The notes under the pieces: model-generated
Databases searched by the model: none
Told to the model about the DNA's origin: nothing
The model's input: only the letters and a program-made list of their open reading frames with translations
Shown: piece by piece, positions 53,070 to 64,000 of the stretch
Position numbering within the stretch: position 1 is the stretch's first letter
Layout of the letters: each line of letters begins with the position of its first letter
Position numbers and translations under genes: made by a program
Assembly: GCA_034226945.1 (NCBI GenBank)
Contig: CP120459.1
Coordinates: forward strand, 744,001 to 808,000
DNA length: 64,000 nucleotides
From: Picochlorum sp. SENEW3
Lineage: Eukaryota
Reading direction: 5' to 3'

Positions 53070-54671
53070 TTAGTCATCATCTTCAGCTGCTTCACTATCA
53101 AGAGCATCCAGGACCAACTTTTTTGATATCAAATCCATGTACTCTTTATCTGCCTCGGATGATGTCCGACCTTGGATGTCATCGGTATCTTGCTGTAATT
53201 CTTCATCTTCCTCATCGTCCGCATCTGCATCATCTGCATGTGCACTATTGCTCCATGCATTCTTATTCTTACTCGTGCTCCCTTGTGCAGACCCTGGCAC
53301 ACTTACGCTCCCCATCTTATCTAGATCGATAGATGTCTTTGCACTTAAACTTTGCTGTGATTCTAGCCTTCTACTCCAGATAGAATTGGTATTGTCTAAA
53401 TCCCCATTGTCAGGCACAGCAAGCGCCATTGTATGCCTTCCTCCTGCAGCAGCACAAACCACCCACCATCGATCAGTACCCCCTGGAAGCTTCACCTCAA
53501 CCGGGCTCACATAATCCTTTTCTGTACCCGTTCCCAGTCTTCCAAATGATCCCCTTCCCCATATCAGTACTCTCCCTTCATCTGTCACCACAACAGTATG
53601 AGTCCCACCACAGCTTGCTTCCACAATTCTCAGTCCCTCCAATCCCTCAACCTTGGTAGGTCTTAATCGACTTGCACCAGCAGGATCCCCTAATCCGAGT
53701 CTTCCATGCTCACCCCGTCCCCATACATACACTTCTCCATCCTCTGTAATGGCCAATGAATGCCACCCACCTGCTGCTATATCTGACACCTTGACTCCAA
53801 AAAATCCCTCCTGTATCAAGGTAGGAACAGTCATATTAGATGTTGTTCCATTTCCAAGCTGACCGTAATCATTGATTCCCCACGAATACATCTCACCGTT
53901 AGAGGTGAGGGCCAGGTTATGAAAAGCACCACACACTACCCGAACAAAATTCCCTGTGCTATCAATCCTCTTTGGTGCCCTGTTGACAGTCATCGAAAAA
54001 TCCCCCCACTGCTCACCCCACATCCAAATCTGCCCATTATCTGTCAATGCTACAGAATGCATACCACCCGCATCAACCTGAACAACCTTTAAATTCGTCA
54101 CACACTTTTGTGGCTGCAACAAATCCCTCGTCCCTGGCTCTGCATCACATTGATTATACTCATTGCCACCCCACGCCCAGCATTGACCATCAACATCTAC
54201 AGCAAGCGCATGCCACCCGCCAACGGCAACCTGAACAACATGTACACCCTGCAATCCCATAATCTTGCGTGGCTTTGGCATGCACTCCTGATGTCCTTGT
54301 CCAAGAGTCGCGCGATCATTCCAACCCCACGAATACACCTGACCATCAGCTGTCACTGCCATGGTATTTCGACTTCCCGCCACGATCGGAGACGCTCCAA
54401 ACCGTCTCCCTCGAAATCGAGTCCCCAAAAGTCCCTCAATAACTTTGGGAGTCAACACATCATCGAACGAATCGTTCACCAGACCCAATTGCCCATCTTC
54501 ATTCACCCCCCATCCAAAACATACAGTCTCCACTGGAGGAGAGTACACAAAGCCAGGCAAACCTTTGCAAATAACCCCAACGTCAGATTCTTCTCCACTA
54601 CATGCAAACTCCTCTTCCTGTTCTTCCTCCTCCTCGTCTTCTAGGACGTTGGAGTACCTATAATCATCCAT
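53070..54671 (-). CDS. RCC1-repeat protein
   Basis: About seven WG.N..GQLG / .AGG.H repeats. Confidence 0.93.
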   Translation of the reverse strand: MDDYRYSNVLEDEEEEEQEEEFACSGEESDVGVICKGLPGFVYSPPVETVCFGWGVNEDGQLGLVNDSFDDVLTPKVIEGLLGTRFRGRRFGASPIVAGSRNTMAVTADGQVYSWGWNDRATLGQGHQECMPKPRKIMGLQGVHVVQVAVGGWHALAVDVDGQCWAWGGNEYNQCDAEPGTRDLLQPQKCVTNLKVVQVDAGGMHSVALTDNGQIWMWGEQWGDFSMTVNRAPKRIDSTGNFVRVVCGAFHNLALTSNGEMYSWGINDYGQLGNGTTSNMTVPTLIQEGFFGVKVSDIAAGGWHSLAITEDGEVYVWGRGEHGRLGLGDPAGASRLRPTKVEGLEGLRIVEASCGGTHTVVVTDEGRVLIWGRGSFGRLGTGTEKDYVSPVEVKLPGGTDRWWVVCAAAGGRHTMALAVPDNGDLDNTNSIWSRRLESQQSLSAKTSIDLDKMGSVSVPGSAQGSTSKNKNAWSNSAHADDADADDEEDEELQQDTDDIQGRTSSEADKEYMDLISKKLVLDALDSEAAEDDD

Positions 54672-55396
54672 TATATTGCTTATTGTAGTACCACGGGTGT
54701 ACTAGAGCAACAATTGAGGCCAAGCAAACCCGAGAGTGAATTGTATTCTCTACTAATGCAGACAAAGAAAACACAGTCCTCCAGTCGTTAATTGTATCCA
54801 CTCAAGGCCTCAACTCCATCATCTAGATTTTAAGTTTATTTGGAAACAATCTTGGGCCGCAATTCGATGCCAACAAAAGAAGGCAGATTCTTCCTTAAAA
54901 AAATAGAACAGAACCACTCCAGGCTGCTTTCGCGGATATTCAAGTCTGATGTGATACCGGAGACTGTTTCACAACATTAAAATAGGAAAGTACATGTCCA
55001 GTATACCAACTTTGCATCGGTGAAGTAGAATACGGGCTAACAACAGTCATCGAGCGCTGAGAAATTTAACAACAACGGTGCGGTTTTTTACATGCGGGTT
55101 TTGGGGGATTGATAGAGATAAAATGGTATTATTTTACTAACAGTAGTGTTGGTTGGTGTCTGCACAGCCTGGTGTGTTTATTTGATCAGGTCGTTCCGTC
55201 AAGCATTCGACACGGGCGGGTTTGCCTTTATTTGTGGGTGTACCGATTGGGATGCATGGCATCATTTTTTACTGAATACTGGATAACGTTTTTACGCAGG
55301 TGTTGTGACCACCGCACGCGTGGTCAACGAGAAGAATAGACGAGAGACATCCAAACAGGGAAAGGGTTGGTTGCCTCGTAGATAAAATCGATTAGG

Positions 55397-57187
55397 ATGC
55401 CTGCGGATGACGATCATATGAAGAAGAAGGATGATGGGGATGCGATGCCGGTGCCTGAGAAGGTTCAGGTGGGCGGGAGTCCCGTGTATTTGATGGATAA
55501 GAAGCTTGGTAAGGGTGGATTTGGTCAAGTGTATCTTGGGAAAAGGGCACAGGCGACAAAGGATACGGAAGGAGCGAATGCGAATCAGGTGGCGCTGAAA
55601 TTAGAGCATAGGACCAGTAAAGGCTGCAACTATGGGCCTCCATATGAGTGGTCTGTGTATGGGGCACTGGGAAATGTGCATGGGATCCCCAAGGTTCACT
55701 ACAAGGGCAGACAGGGAGATTACTACATTATTGTCATGGATATGCTTGGTCCTAGTCTTTGGGATGTATGGAATACGCAAGGACAACAAATGTCTCAAGA
55801 AATGGTGGCGTGTATCGCTGTGGAAGCGATTGCTATTTTGGAACGGCTTCATCAAAAGGGTTTTGTGCATGGAGATGTCAAGCCGGAGAATTTTTTGCTT
55901 GGTGCTCCTGGAACAACGAATGAGAAAAAGTTATGGCTGGTTGATTTGGGACTGGCAACGCGCTGGAGGGATTTGCTGTGCGGAACGCATGTGGAATACG
56001 ATCAGAGGCCAGATGTGTTTCGTGGAACAGTCAGGTATGCATCTGTCCATGCACATCTGGGAAGAACAGCGTCGCGAAGGGATGATTTGGAATCATTAGC
56101 ATATACTCTTTTATTCTTACTCCGTGGAAGGCTTCCATGGCAGGGATACCAAGGTGACAATAAAGGATTTTTAGTGTGCAAAAAGAAGATGGCAACATCG
56201 CCTGATGTTCTGTGTCGATACAGCCCGCCACCATTTAGAAGGTTTACTGAGGCTGTTATTAATCTGAAGTTTGACGATGATCCAAAATATAGTTCATATA
56301 TGGCATTGTTTGAGCCTTTATGTGGACCTCCTGGACCTTCTAGGCCGCTGATGATAGACTTGGAGAATCGTGTTGGTCAAAAGAGAGCAAGGGATGGGCA
56401 AGCTCCAACAGATGATGAACTCGATCTCCCAGCTTCGAAGAAGCGCGTCCGTCTGGGTCTTCCAGCGACACAATGGATAACAGTGTATAATGCACATAGA
56501 CCAATGAAGCAACGTTATCATTACAATGTGGCAAATAACAGAGTATCCCAGCATGTGGAGAAGGGCAATGATGATGGGCTATTTGTCTCCTCTGTGGCAT
56601 GCTGCCAGGATCTTTGGGGCTTGATCATGGATGCAGGAACTGGGTTCTCACAGCAAGTGTATTCATTAAACCCACACTTTTTGCCAAAAGACTGGATCAT
56701 GGAGCGATGGGAAGATGGATTCTATATCACAGCCATGGCTGGATCTGCTGGTGGATCATCGCTGGTGGTCATGTCCAAAGGGACTCCTTATACGCAGCAA
56801 AGTTATAAAGTATCCGAATCTTTCCCATTCAAATGGATCAATAAGAAGTGGAAGGAAGGGTTTTATGTCACATCCATGGCAACATCCCACTCCAGATGGG
56901 CAGTTGTCATGTCTAGAAATGCAGGATTTGTGGACCAGTGCGTAGAATTAGATTTCCAATACCCATCAGAGGGTATTCATAGGCGATGGGATGCTGGATA
57001 TAGAATTACATCGTGTGCTGCAACGCCTGACCAAGCTGCCTTTGTTCTCTCAGTTCCAAAGAGGCGTCCAGGAGATGAAACCCAAGAAACGCTCAGAACA
57101 AGCGCCTTCCCATCGAGTCACGTCAAAGATAAATGGGCGAAGAATCTATATATCGCCGGTGTCGCGTATGGTAGAACTGTGAGTTAA
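55397..57187 (+). CDS. Casein kinase 1-like kinase of the MUT9/MLK/PPK clade
   Basis: [17 protein letters not shown] and HGDVKPEN motifs, plus the clade-specific C-terminus ([31 protein letters not shown]). Confidence 0.95.
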   Translation: MPADDDHMKKKDDGDAMPVPEKVQVGGSPVYLMDKKLGKGGFGQVYLGKRAQATKDTEGANANQVALKLEHRTSKGCNYGPPYEWSVYGALGNVHGIPKVHYKGRQGDYYIIVMDMLGPSLWDVWNTQGQQMSQEMVACIAVEAIAILERLHQKGFVHGDVKPENFLLGAPGTTNEKKLWLVDLGLATRWRDLLCGTHVEYDQRPDVFRGTVRYASVHAHLGRTASRRDDLESLAYTLLFLLRGRLPWQGYQGDNKGFLVCKKKMATSPDVLCRYSPPPFRRFTEAVINLKFDDDPKYSSYMALFEPLCGPPGPSRPLMIDLENRVGQKRARDGQAPTDDELDLPASKKRVRLGLPATQWITVYNAHRPMKQRYHYNVANNRVSQHVEKGNDDGLFVSSVACCQDLWGLIMDAGTGFSQQVYSLNPHFLPKDWIMERWEDGFYITAMAGSAGGSSLVVMSKGTPYTQQSYKVSESFPFKWINKKWKEGFYVTSMATSHSRWAVVMSRNAGFVDQCVELDFQYPSEGIHRRWDAGYRITSCAATPDQAAFVLSVPKRRPGDETQETLRTSAFPSSHVKDKWAKNLYIAGVAYGRTVS

Positions 57188-57192
57188 TTATT

Positions 57193-57940
57193 TTACACGG
57201 ATAGATACTGTAACCCTAGTGCGTCACCCCGTTGCTCAATGTGCTCGCCTAGTGTCTCCACGACACGCGTCCACTGAGGTCCAAATCCTCGTATATCAAT
57301 GATGCGTTCATCCTTCTCATGTGTTGGAGACGATGACGTCAACCGAAATGACAGCTCGACCCGTTCATCTGGCACCAGCCCCAAAGGCTCCAGTACTTGA
57401 GGCCATTCAACAAGACACACACCAGACCGCACCGTATTATCGAAACCTAATCGCTCAACACCACTATACTTTTCATCTAAAAGTCTATATAAATCGTAAT
57501 GATGAATCATTGGTGGGCCATCATTCATACCAGAGTACATGTTGTGCAACAGAAATGTAGGAGATGGAACCTCCATCTCCTCATCATCCAACGCAAAACG
57601 AATAAATTCCCGACTGCAACAACAATGTTCATAGTAGTACTCATAATATTTGAAACGCGTCGCATGCATTACCATACCTAAAATAACTCTTTCCAGCTCC
57701 AACATCACCAAACAGCAGGTAACAGTCCCCAGGCATGCACTTTTGCCTCGCAAAATACGCCGCAAGAACAGCTGTCGCGTCTTGTGATGTCGATAAAACC
57801 TGTACTCGTGCACACAAAGGCCCTTGATCTCCACCACGTGATCCTAGACAGCGACAAACAAGAAACTCCTGCCCTCTCCTTGGTGGGTGTCTCTGCAGAC
57901 ACCTTGAATACTGCAACACAGATCGAACAGCTCTATTCAT
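57193..57940 (-). CDS. tsaE: TsaE/YjeE-family P-loop ATPase, probably organellar
   Basis: GDVGAGKS, VPSPTF, HYDLYRL and LVEWP motifs; intron 57614-57677. Confidence 0.92.
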
Positions 57941-58277
57941 CCCCTTTTGAATTCATTTTATGAAAACATTTTATATCGTAATTTAATGAAATATCAAACA
58001 ATCGACAAAATATTCTCAATCATCCGAAATATTCCTAATTTGAGAGATTTTTCAAACATCTAAAATACAGCAGTTGAATGGCCCATTGTTGATTCGATAT
58101 CAATCTGACAGGATCCTTGGCAAAATCAATTGTGAGTGTATCATTATGGATCACCTCTGACTATCATATCGGGAGAAGGACCGTGTCGTGCATTGTCATC
58201 TTGTTTTGCAGCCAATTGTACCAAAGACCCAAGCATGTGGTCTTCTTTTTCTTCTTCGTAATCCTTGAAGAAGAATT

Positions 58278-59442
58278 ATGGATAAAAACAAAGAAATTCC
58301 TGTGTTTCCAGGTGCCACACACGCGAGTGTGGTGAGGGCCCATGAAAAGGACCAGGGATACTTGGGAGAGTTCAATGCTCGTTGCTATGACCTTGTTCGA
58401 CGGATTCTCGGTTCTCATACTGCCCTTTTGTGGCGACGGTATGTCATCATGTGTGTCGTGGTATTGGCATTGGTCTATACATGAAGGGTCGTATGGGTGC
58501 AGGGAAATCAAACTCATGTCTGATATGATGTATTACCATCAGACAATTGGCTGTGGTACGAGTACCTTGGGGGAAGAGTACTGCTCCATCATGAGGGTGG
58601 ATTCCAGAACAAACCATTCTATTGGAAAATTGAGGAATACCATGCTGGCCATGCTTCAGGCTCTTAGTCCGTATGTTGATGATGCTGCCGAGGCATGGCA
58701 TGAGAGGCAGCGAGGGGGCATGCCAGACATGTCTGTTGATGCGCAGTTACTGCGGGTATCGAGAAGTATGAATCGATCGAGTCAAGAGCGAACTTCTAGA
58801 TATATTGCATGGATGGAGCGCTTGTATACGCGTGCTTGCGAGAAGGCGACGCAGATGGTCTCTGGACTCCCAGGGAGGGACACTGGTGCATCCATTCTTC
58901 TGTGGATTGTCGAGCACAAAAGCACTCTATTACGGATGCATCTCGCTCTTTTTTATTTATGTAGAGTATATTATCACATACCCAAACGAATCCTGGGTAT
59001 ACGGTACCGAGGATATGGGAGACATGGGAATGCCAGTGAGCCTGTGACACTGTATACCATTCTGGGGATTTTGTTACTCTCTCAGGCTTCATCTGCCGCG
59101 TTGATGTGGGCTATAGGTATGGTACATAGAAATGATAAAAGAGATGGGCGTATTGCCGAGCAGCAGACCAGTGACGGTGTTGCGTTGTATGATTACCAAG
59201 GGAATGTGGTTGTCAGGGATTTGATGGCTGACCACATGGAAATGGACCATCCATCGACGAGTCACGGACACAAATGCCCATTATGCCTATCACAGAGGCA
59301 AGTGCCGACTGCAACTCCATGTGGACACGTGTTCTGTTGGACCTGTATTGGCGAATGGTGCAGCAAGAAACCAGAGTGTCCCCTCTGCCGATCCATGGCA
59401 TTGCCATCACAACTCGTTGTGGTCAGGCATGCTGACTTTTAA
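58278..59442 (+). CDS. PEX10: Peroxin PEX10 (RING finger)
   Basis: VRAHEKD, TLGEEY, HLALFY..YYHI.KR and a C3HC4 RING; intron 58439-58502. Confidence 0.92.
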
Positions 59443-59529
59443 TTTGGTGCAATGATGGTTTAAAAAATATGGACAAAAAAATACATGCAAAGAAGTCAGA
59501 ATAACACAAAATAATCCAGTATGGCACAA

Positions 59530-60027
59530 TCATATTGACAAATTCAGCAACACAATGGCCAACCCAAGGAAGGACATCATCATGTATTGGACAGAACTGA
59601 TGCTCTGCAGCTGCTTTTCGTCCTGCTCCAATGATAACCATCCCGGTGTCATCAGTTCTCGAGAAGAAACTCTCCGTGGTGTTGTATCGCATGGTGATGG
59701 TCCACAATCATTATCATCATGGCTATCATCACGATGCGTACGCATCGTACGAGCACGTGGAGTTGCCACGTATTCCGAACTCTGCTGGTTCAGAGTCTCT
59801 TCCACCCACTGGGACACAAACTCGTCTTTTCTCACACGCTGTGCATTTGCAGAGCGTTCTACTCTTCCATGTTTATCGTGTGAAGAATAATCGCCTGCCT
59901 TATCGACCGAATGTATCCACAGAGAGTCAATATCCCTACGCCTCTCACAGTTCATCGCATCGCGTTTGTCCTGGACTTGGGTAAAAAACACCTCCCGATT
60001 GGGTGTCGTATGACACTGATATGACAT
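59530..60027 (-). CDS. Hypothetical tail-anchored protein
   Basis: ATG-initiated 165-aa ORF with a single C-terminal hydrophobic helix. Confidence 0.55.
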   Translation of the reverse strand: MSYQCHTTPNREVFFTQVQDKRDAMNCERRRDIDSLWIHSVDKAGDYSSHDKHGRVERSANAQRVRKDEFVSQWVEETLNQQSSEYVATPRARTMRTHRDDSHDDNDCGPSPCDTTPRRVSSRELMTPGWLSLEQDEKQLQSISSVQYMMMSFLGLAIVLLNLSI

Positions 60028-60798
60028 GCCTATATATAATTATCGATAATTCTTCTCAGATGAATCAAATACGCAGAGAACGCATCGCAGAAAGCCTCAG
60101 TCGTAGAAAATCCTTTCCCGTACAACCAAGGTAGCCTCTGTGACACGACTTGATCGGATCGGACAGCAGTTTTTGATCTTTCACTTTATAATTGATGTAT
60201 TGTATACATCTGCTTGAGGTATATTGTCGGTCTAACAAGTAAAAAGTTGTAGAACATGAGACCTACGCGTACTAACTTAGTAATATACCCTATCGAGCCC
60301 TACCCTTGATGGGACACTATTCCATTTCACGACAAGGGTCTCCTATTGCATAAAGTTTCTTACCATTCTTCTGCAGATTTCCCTCTTGCTTTGTCTGTAC
60401 CGGGGTTTTGAGACTGTATATGCTGTACCCAAGGTTCTGCGCCCACTATGTGTGCATGACCATGGCCATGCATTCGCAGATTGACGCTCATGCATGCATG
60501 CATGGTGTACGCGTTATTATTATTCATCGAACCATCCAAGAGTATCATTGTCAACACGCGGACTTCCACGAGGGCATACACAAAGATGAGGAAACTGCGT
60601 CATCTACACGTCACCATTTTTTTGAATACATTCATTCACAACGTGCATTGTGCATTGTTCACGCTGATCATTCTTTCCAGTTCGTTCTTTATTGTTTTGG
60701 TGCAGTGAAGCGCTGACTCGTGAAACCACCTACGCGTCCAGAAACATCCATCTATACGAGTTCACACATTGTGCATTCCGCGTTTTTGTCTATATTGA

Positions 60799-61494
60799 AT
60801 GCTCTTGACCACAATGAGGCCTGATACCGGTGTGCTTGGCATAGGAAGGAATACCAAACAGAAACGCTTGCTCCATGCGGGTATTTCACCTTCGAGTGGA
60901 TTAGATTCCTCGCAATCAAAAGCTTTTGCTGGATATACGTGTGTGGGATTGGTGGGCGCTAAACCTCATGAGGTGTGGGACATGATTAGTGAACCCTCGA
61001 GGACGTGGGCAAGTTGGCTGACCTCGGTGAGCTCCGTGCAAGAGGTGGACAGTAGACCGCTGTCTGAGGATACACAAGAGTATGAAGTGATTCAAAAAGC
61101 CATCATGAGCTTGTGTGGATACAGCATGCAGGCAGACATGCATTTGGTGGTGCATTCGAATGCCTCTAACAAACAAGTGACCTTCACACTCAAGAAGAAG
61201 AACAAACTCATGCGTTCAATTCAGGGGAGGTTTCAAGTGTGGTCATTGGGAGATGGAAAAGTGATTAAGGAGCAACTTGGGCACTTGAACGCGGACGAGT
61301 TGCACGATTTGTTGGAGAAGCATGGGGTCGATGATCACCAGCTTCAGGATGTCTCTGTTGTTCTTTTGGAACAAACAGTGAATCCATACATGTCTCCTCC
61401 TCCCGGCTTCAGGGGAATGTTGAGGCGCCATCTTGGCAACCACTTTGAATCTATGATTGCTGACTTGCAAAATGCTCCATTTGCAATGTCATGA
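60799..61494 (+). CDS. SRPBCC/polyketide cyclase-like domain protein
   Basis: AKPHEVWDMISE, VTFTL..LMRSIQGRFQV and LEQTVNP..PP pattern. Confidence 0.65.
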   Translation: MLLTTMRPDTGVLGIGRNTKQKRLLHAGISPSSGLDSSQSKAFAGYTCVGLVGAKPHEVWDMISEPSRTWASWLTSVSSVQEVDSRPLSEDTQEYEVIQKAIMSLCGYSMQADMHLVVHSNASNKQVTFTLKKKNKLMRSIQGRFQVWSLGDGKVIKEQLGHLNADELHDLLEKHGVDDHQLQDVSVVLLEQTVNPYMSPPPGFRGMLRRHLGNHFESMIADLQNAPFAMS

Positions 61495-61641
61495 GCATCA
61501 TGATAATATGTACACACTTCCCGCGAGTAGGGTGCTTTTTGAATTGGATACTGTCGTCTTATTTCTCATATATAGTATCGTCTATTTGATGTATCACAAA
61601 ATATCAACAAAATAAAATATATTCCGATGGAGCATGAAAAT

Positions 61642-62601
61642 CTAGGTTGATGACCTCTCGAGCAACCAGTCTATAATGTCTTGACAGACTTTGTCATTCC
61701 CAGGCTCTTTTACCAACACATGCCACATCGAATTCACCAGTCTCAGCGTCTTGTCCTTCGATATACTCTTTGTGTATAATAATTTCGACCCGTCTGGATC
61801 GCACATCGTATCAACCTCTGAATGGAACACCAAGAATGGCGAGTCAACTCTGTCCAACTGTGTCATCACCTGCGCCGTCACTCGCAAGTATTCATCTGCA
61901 TTTCTCACTCTTGTATTTATATGCGACACCAAAGGATCCGCGTCCCATAATTTCTGAATTTCTGGATGTACAGTATTCTTGTCCGTCGCCAACAAGGCCA
62001 GCGTTGGTGCACACCATGACAAAAACCTCCCAACAGGCCTCAGATATGGATTCAGACCCTTCCTCGAGACCCTCTCCAGCGACAGCATGGGTGCTAAGAG
62101 CACCATACCATTAAATAAATCTTTGCGCTTCATCACGCAGTGCAGTGCAATGCAACCTCCAAGTGATATACCAGCAATATACATGTTTTCTGTGGGATGG
62201 GACGAGGCAACAGTCTCTGCATACTGAATCACATCATCCACATAATCATCAAAAGATTCTACATAAAATCGTAACCCATCTCTTCCCTGAGACAGACCAC
62301 ACCCTTGAAGATCAATCCCGCATACTGTAATGCCTTTATTGTTCATAGCCTGAACCCATGAATTCTCATACCGAGGTGCCTGCCCAGGCTCATCAACAGC
62401 CAACACTTCAAATTGCAAATGTGCACCATGTCCGTGAACAAATAGTAAAATAGGATCGTTTGCTGATGGATCAGAGGAAGCAGAAGGCCAATAATACGTT
62501 TTCAATTCGAGGCCTTGCCTGTTGACAAGCACATCCGTCTTCCCTCCATGGGGACCCATGTTGAAAGCATCGCATGTATCATAGACAGAATCATCCATCA
62601 T
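61642..62601 (-). CDS. Alpha/beta-hydrolase (lysophospholipase/monoacylglycerol lipase-like)
   Basis: FVHGHG, GISLGG nucleophile elbow, HSEVD (Asp) and MWH (His). Confidence 0.93.
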   Translation of the reverse strand: MMDDSVYDTCDAFNMGPHGGKTDVLVNRQGLELKTYYWPSASSDPSANDPILLFVHGHGAHLQFEVLAVDEPGQAPRYENSWVQAMNNKGITVCGIDLQGCGLSQGRDGLRFYVESFDDYVDDVIQYAETVASSHPTENMYIAGISLGGCIALHCVMKRKDLFNGMVLLAPMLSLERVSRKGLNPYLRPVGRFLSWCAPTLALLATDKNTVHPEIQKLWDADPLVSHINTRVRNADEYLRVTAQVMTQLDRVDSPFLVFHSEVDTMCDPDGSKLLYTKSISKDKTLRLVNSMWHVLVKEPGNDKVCQDIIDWLLERSST

Positions 62602-62818
62602 GGCAATGTATACATCTATCTACAAATCAATGTCTACCCGTCCATGACGATGCACCAACCATGTAGAAGAGGAAATACTTTTTCTTAAATGTCTTTATTA
62701 CAGACTCTTGCAGGAGCCAATTGGCTGAGATTCCCCCGACAAGAGAAATCCTTGATTGTTAGACATCATGCCGCGTCCTCTAGACGTGATTTCCAGTTGA
62801 TAATATATTTTTGTAATC

Positions 62819-64000
62819 ATGCTGACCACGGTTGGCCGTAAATCGGTGTCTTGGCTGAGCCAACGCCGAGGGTTTGTGGCGAGTGCAGCTGCTGCGGTAG
62901 ACGCTGTTGTCGACAAGGCAAACTCTCCATTTCTGAGATTTGGAAACCCTGTTCCTACAGATGTTGGTATGAACCAGTTTTTGCCCCATCTGCCAGAGAC
63001 CAAGGTGCGTGTAGATTGTGTTCGTGCTTTGATGGTCGAATTGACTCACGTCCGTGTATTGACTCGGGTTGGGATTGATGGTAAATATAGGTGACACATC
63101 TGTCGAATGGAATGCGGGTGGTGAGCGAACAGGTTCCAGGGGCAACCACATCGACTGTGGGAGTTTGGATTGATGCTGGAAGTCGATATGAGACTGATAC
63201 GACGAATGGTACTGCTCACTTCTTGGAGCATATGGCATTCAAGGGGACTGAAAAGAGAAGTGTGAAGGATTTAGAGGTTGAGATCGAGAATATTGGGGGG
63301 CATTTGAATGCGTATACATCCAGGGAGCAGACCTGTTATTTTGCCAAAGTGCAGAATGGGCATGTCGGGCAAGCTGTGGATATCCTTTCTGATATTCTTC
63401 AGAATTCAAAATTAGAAGAAAGGGCTATCGAAAGGGAACGAGAGGTGATTTTGAGAGAGATGCAGGAAATTGAGGGTATGCCTGAAGAGGTTGTGTTTGA
63501 TCACTTGCATGCCACTGCATTCCAACACAGTCCTCTGGGACGGACGATTCTTGGTCCAGCTGAGAATGTGAGGGGTATTACACGTGAGAATTTGGTGGAT
63601 TACATCTCAAAGAATTACACAGCTGACCGAATGGTGATCGCTGCTGCTGGAGGGGTGGATCATGATACTCTTGTCAAGGCAGCAGAAAAGCACTTTTCAA
63701 AATTACCAGAAAAGGGTGTATCTACAGCCGAGTTGGTGAAGAATGAGCCAGCAGTGTTCACAGGAAGTGAAGTGAGATTGAGGGATCCAGATCAGCCTCT
63801 TGTGCATCTTGCCATTGCTTTCCAAGGAGCATCATGGAGTGATCCTGACTCCATCCCGCTCATGGTGATGCAGACAATGCTGGGCACCTGGGACAAGCAT
63901 TCCGCTGCTGGGAGACACACTGGGTCCAAACTTGCTGAATTGATCGCGACAAACAATTTGGCCAATTCCATGATGGCATTCAATACAAACTATCATGACA
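62819..64000 (+). CDS. Mitochondrial processing peptidase beta subunit (M16), truncated by the window end
   Basis: Presequence, intron 63005-63090, and AGSRYE..GTAHFLEHMAFKGT and LNAYTSREQT motifs. Confidence 0.95.

Noticed and set aside
53070..54671. UVR8 photoreceptor assignment
   Set aside because: It lacks the three GWRHT motifs diagnostic of UVR8, so it is called a generic RCC1-repeat protein.
1..64000. tRNA, rRNA, spliceosomal snRNA, CRISPR arrays and transposase/RT genes
   Set aside because: No cloverleaf, rRNA or snRNA signature, repeat-spacer array or mobile-element protein motif was recognised by eye. A covariance-model scan could still find small RNAs I missed.

Overview
Eukaryotic nuclear DNA from a very gene-dense, intron-poor green alga. 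Picochlorum/Trebouxiophyceae-like is my inference from the short GT-AG introns, TGTAA poly(A)-type signals, plant-type gene content and tiny intergenic gaps. About 38 protein-coding genes can be supported, several only after splicing, including RPL34 (partial), NOP2, a papain-family protease, two OTU deubiquitinases, a ViaA-like VWA protein, a BRAWNIN homolog, RPS27, a double-AP2 transcription factor, STT3, a sterol methyltransferase, UEV1, BRF1, mitochondrial L11, an NTT ATP/ADP transporter, a MUT9/MLK kinase, TsaE, PEX10 and MPP-beta (partial). Two intronic box C/D snoRNAs are visible: a U38/snR61-like guide in NOP2 and an orphan in the RPL34 5'-UTR intron. The most unusual items are (1) a PLAC8 ORF running into an ATG-less DNase II ORF with intact catalytic motifs, a probable chimeric gene; (2) an ~1800-aa SAP+FN3 protein built on a catalytically decayed tandem D-Ala-D-Ala ligase; (3) an intron-rich C5 DNA methyltransferase fused to PWWP-CXXC-Tudor-like domains, close to a second CXXC-like protein; and (4) a GC-rich orphan gene island. 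No tRNA, rRNA, CRISPR array or clear transposon was seen. All calls are by eye, without database searches.
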